Part shown: in pieces, positions 62,783-64,000 of the stretch
How the letters are laid out: each line of letters begins with the position of its first letter
Position numbering within the stretch: position 1 is the stretch's first letter
Source of the DNA: Microthyrium microscopicum
Taxonomy: Eukaryota
Assembly (NCBI GenBank): GCA_010405405.1
Contig: MU004230.1
Coordinates: forward strand, 2,018,627 to 2,082,626
Direction: 5' to 3'
Length of the DNA stretch: 64,000 nucleotides
Notes under the pieces: model-generated
The model's input: only the letters and a program-made list of their open reading frames with translations
The model's database searches: none
Told to the model about the DNA's origin: nothing
Position numbers and translations under genes: made by a program

Positions 62783-63947
62783 ATGGTGTAGTTGTGTGGT
62801 GCTTTAGATACCCAAATCATATGCATGGCCAGCGAACGGTCTTTGACTACAACATTGAGATTTGTTCCATGTGATATCTAGATCACTGTAGAGTGGATTG
62901 GTAGACTGTCAGCAGCTGCACGTCTATCTAATGATCTGCTAGTACAGAGAGAACCGCGGCAGTACTCTACATTGAGCGAGGAACTTAAAATCAAGAAGAT
63001 AGAAGTTCAATTCACCAGGGTATTATCAGCGCTCTGAGCCCGGCATATTTAACTATCTATAGAATATTTGACACTGGACATAAGATTTATGTTACAAGCA
63101 AGAGGCATTTAATAAGTAATTTCTATATATCGTTCTACCGAGTCATCAAATAAATAGAGCGGACATTGTTGTATTATTATTTTTGGAACGCGCGCTGTAT
63201 ATATTCAAAAACATGGCAATTTTCAAATATCTACTAACATTTAGGTACAATATAAGGGTGGCAATTGACGGTTATTATCTGATGTCTAATCTCGAACGAG
63301 TCAGATAGTACTAACCCGATGCGTAATTAAGAGACAACTCCCGCTCAAGTCTAACGAATAAATTTGTGGCAATGACAACCTCCAGGTTCGAGCCCCGTTT
63401 GCATCGTAAAATCAGTCGACTGATTTTCATAACCACACATCTTAGAGCTTCGCTCAGATGTGTGGTGAACTTTTTGCAATTTTTTTGGATTGAATATGGT
63501 CTGTTCTGGGTATGTGACCTCGGTGTGTGTTCAAGATTTCTTCTTGTGTTGACCAGTCTTTGTCTGCTTTCATGAGAGGGATACATGTGCACTACCTACT
63601 CTCAGTCGGGCACGTAACATCTACTTCAGTATAACCAGCTGCTAGGAAAACAGTATATCGCAGTACTTAAGTAATCCTCTTGGTAATTATAACCAGCTTT
63701 CTGCTCCCATGCATGAAAACAAAACACTGCAAAGGTAAGGAGACATCGTTGACTGTTCAGCCTTATCAAGTGAAAGTCAGCCTTGTACTAGAGCAAACTC
63801 GGTTTAGTTTGGTGCAAGGGAGGCAGCCATCATGCAACAGCCACATGCCTTAAAATCGGTGCTCGATGTCCTCTGCCTTCTTCAGTTCTCGCCTTTTGCA
63901 TCCTTCCTTCTCCATCTTTGCCGGTGACGGTGACCACACCTTTCAAA

Positions 63948-64000
63948 ATGGCGAATCCGCAACGACCTCCCCTTTTCCTCAACACTGGCCCTCCTTCACT
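63948..64000 (+). CDS. Probable start of next gene (truncated by window)
   Basis: CAAAATGG context after a pyrimidine-rich leader; open to the window end. Too short to identify. Confidence 0.35.
   Translation, partial: MANPQRPPLFLNTGPPS

Noticed and set aside
63360..63410. GGTTCGAGCCC as a tRNA T-loop
   Set aside because: The T stem does not pair, and there is no D arm or acceptor stem. No tRNA or rRNA genes were seen in the window.

Overview
Gene-dense genomic window from a filamentous ascomycete (Pezizomycotina). Evidence for this: ~50-nt GT-AG introns with CTRAC branch sites, a wetA gene, and a RIP-like degraded transposon. About 29 protein-coding loci are supported, mostly housekeeping: ISWI ATPase (3' end), Nop13-like RRM protein, WetA, Erv25, HAD hydrolase, ACS-family MFS transporter, Ncl1/Trm4, SDR, Vps33, Mak31, CPT1/EPT1, SSB Hsp70, SF3B1, Sdc1/Dpy-30, Rps13, a CFEM protein, DUF1772, CysA/Cys2, Iah1, a CLC channel, a beta-lactamase-fold hydrolase, a mitochondrial RRM protein, ATP synthase subunit e and dynein intermediate chain. 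Sdc1 and ATP synthase e are absent from the ORF track and were assembled by hand. Non-coding highlights: (1) an snR48-like C/D snoRNA inside an intron of an apparently non-coding host transcript that runs head-to-head with RPS13; (2) six unusually long introns that all fold into hairpins, including a 76-nt hairpin in SSB, a possible 18S h22/h23a mimic in RPS13, and a poison 3' splice site beside a stem in the HAD gene; (3) a start codon split by an intron; (4) two GC-AG introns; (5) a crossed 9-bp/10-bp pseudoknot-like element; (6) a TA-flanked DD34E Tc1-like element; (7) a decayed tandem paralog. All calls are by eye. No alignment, folding or database search was run, and I cannot establish that any of these is previously undescribed.
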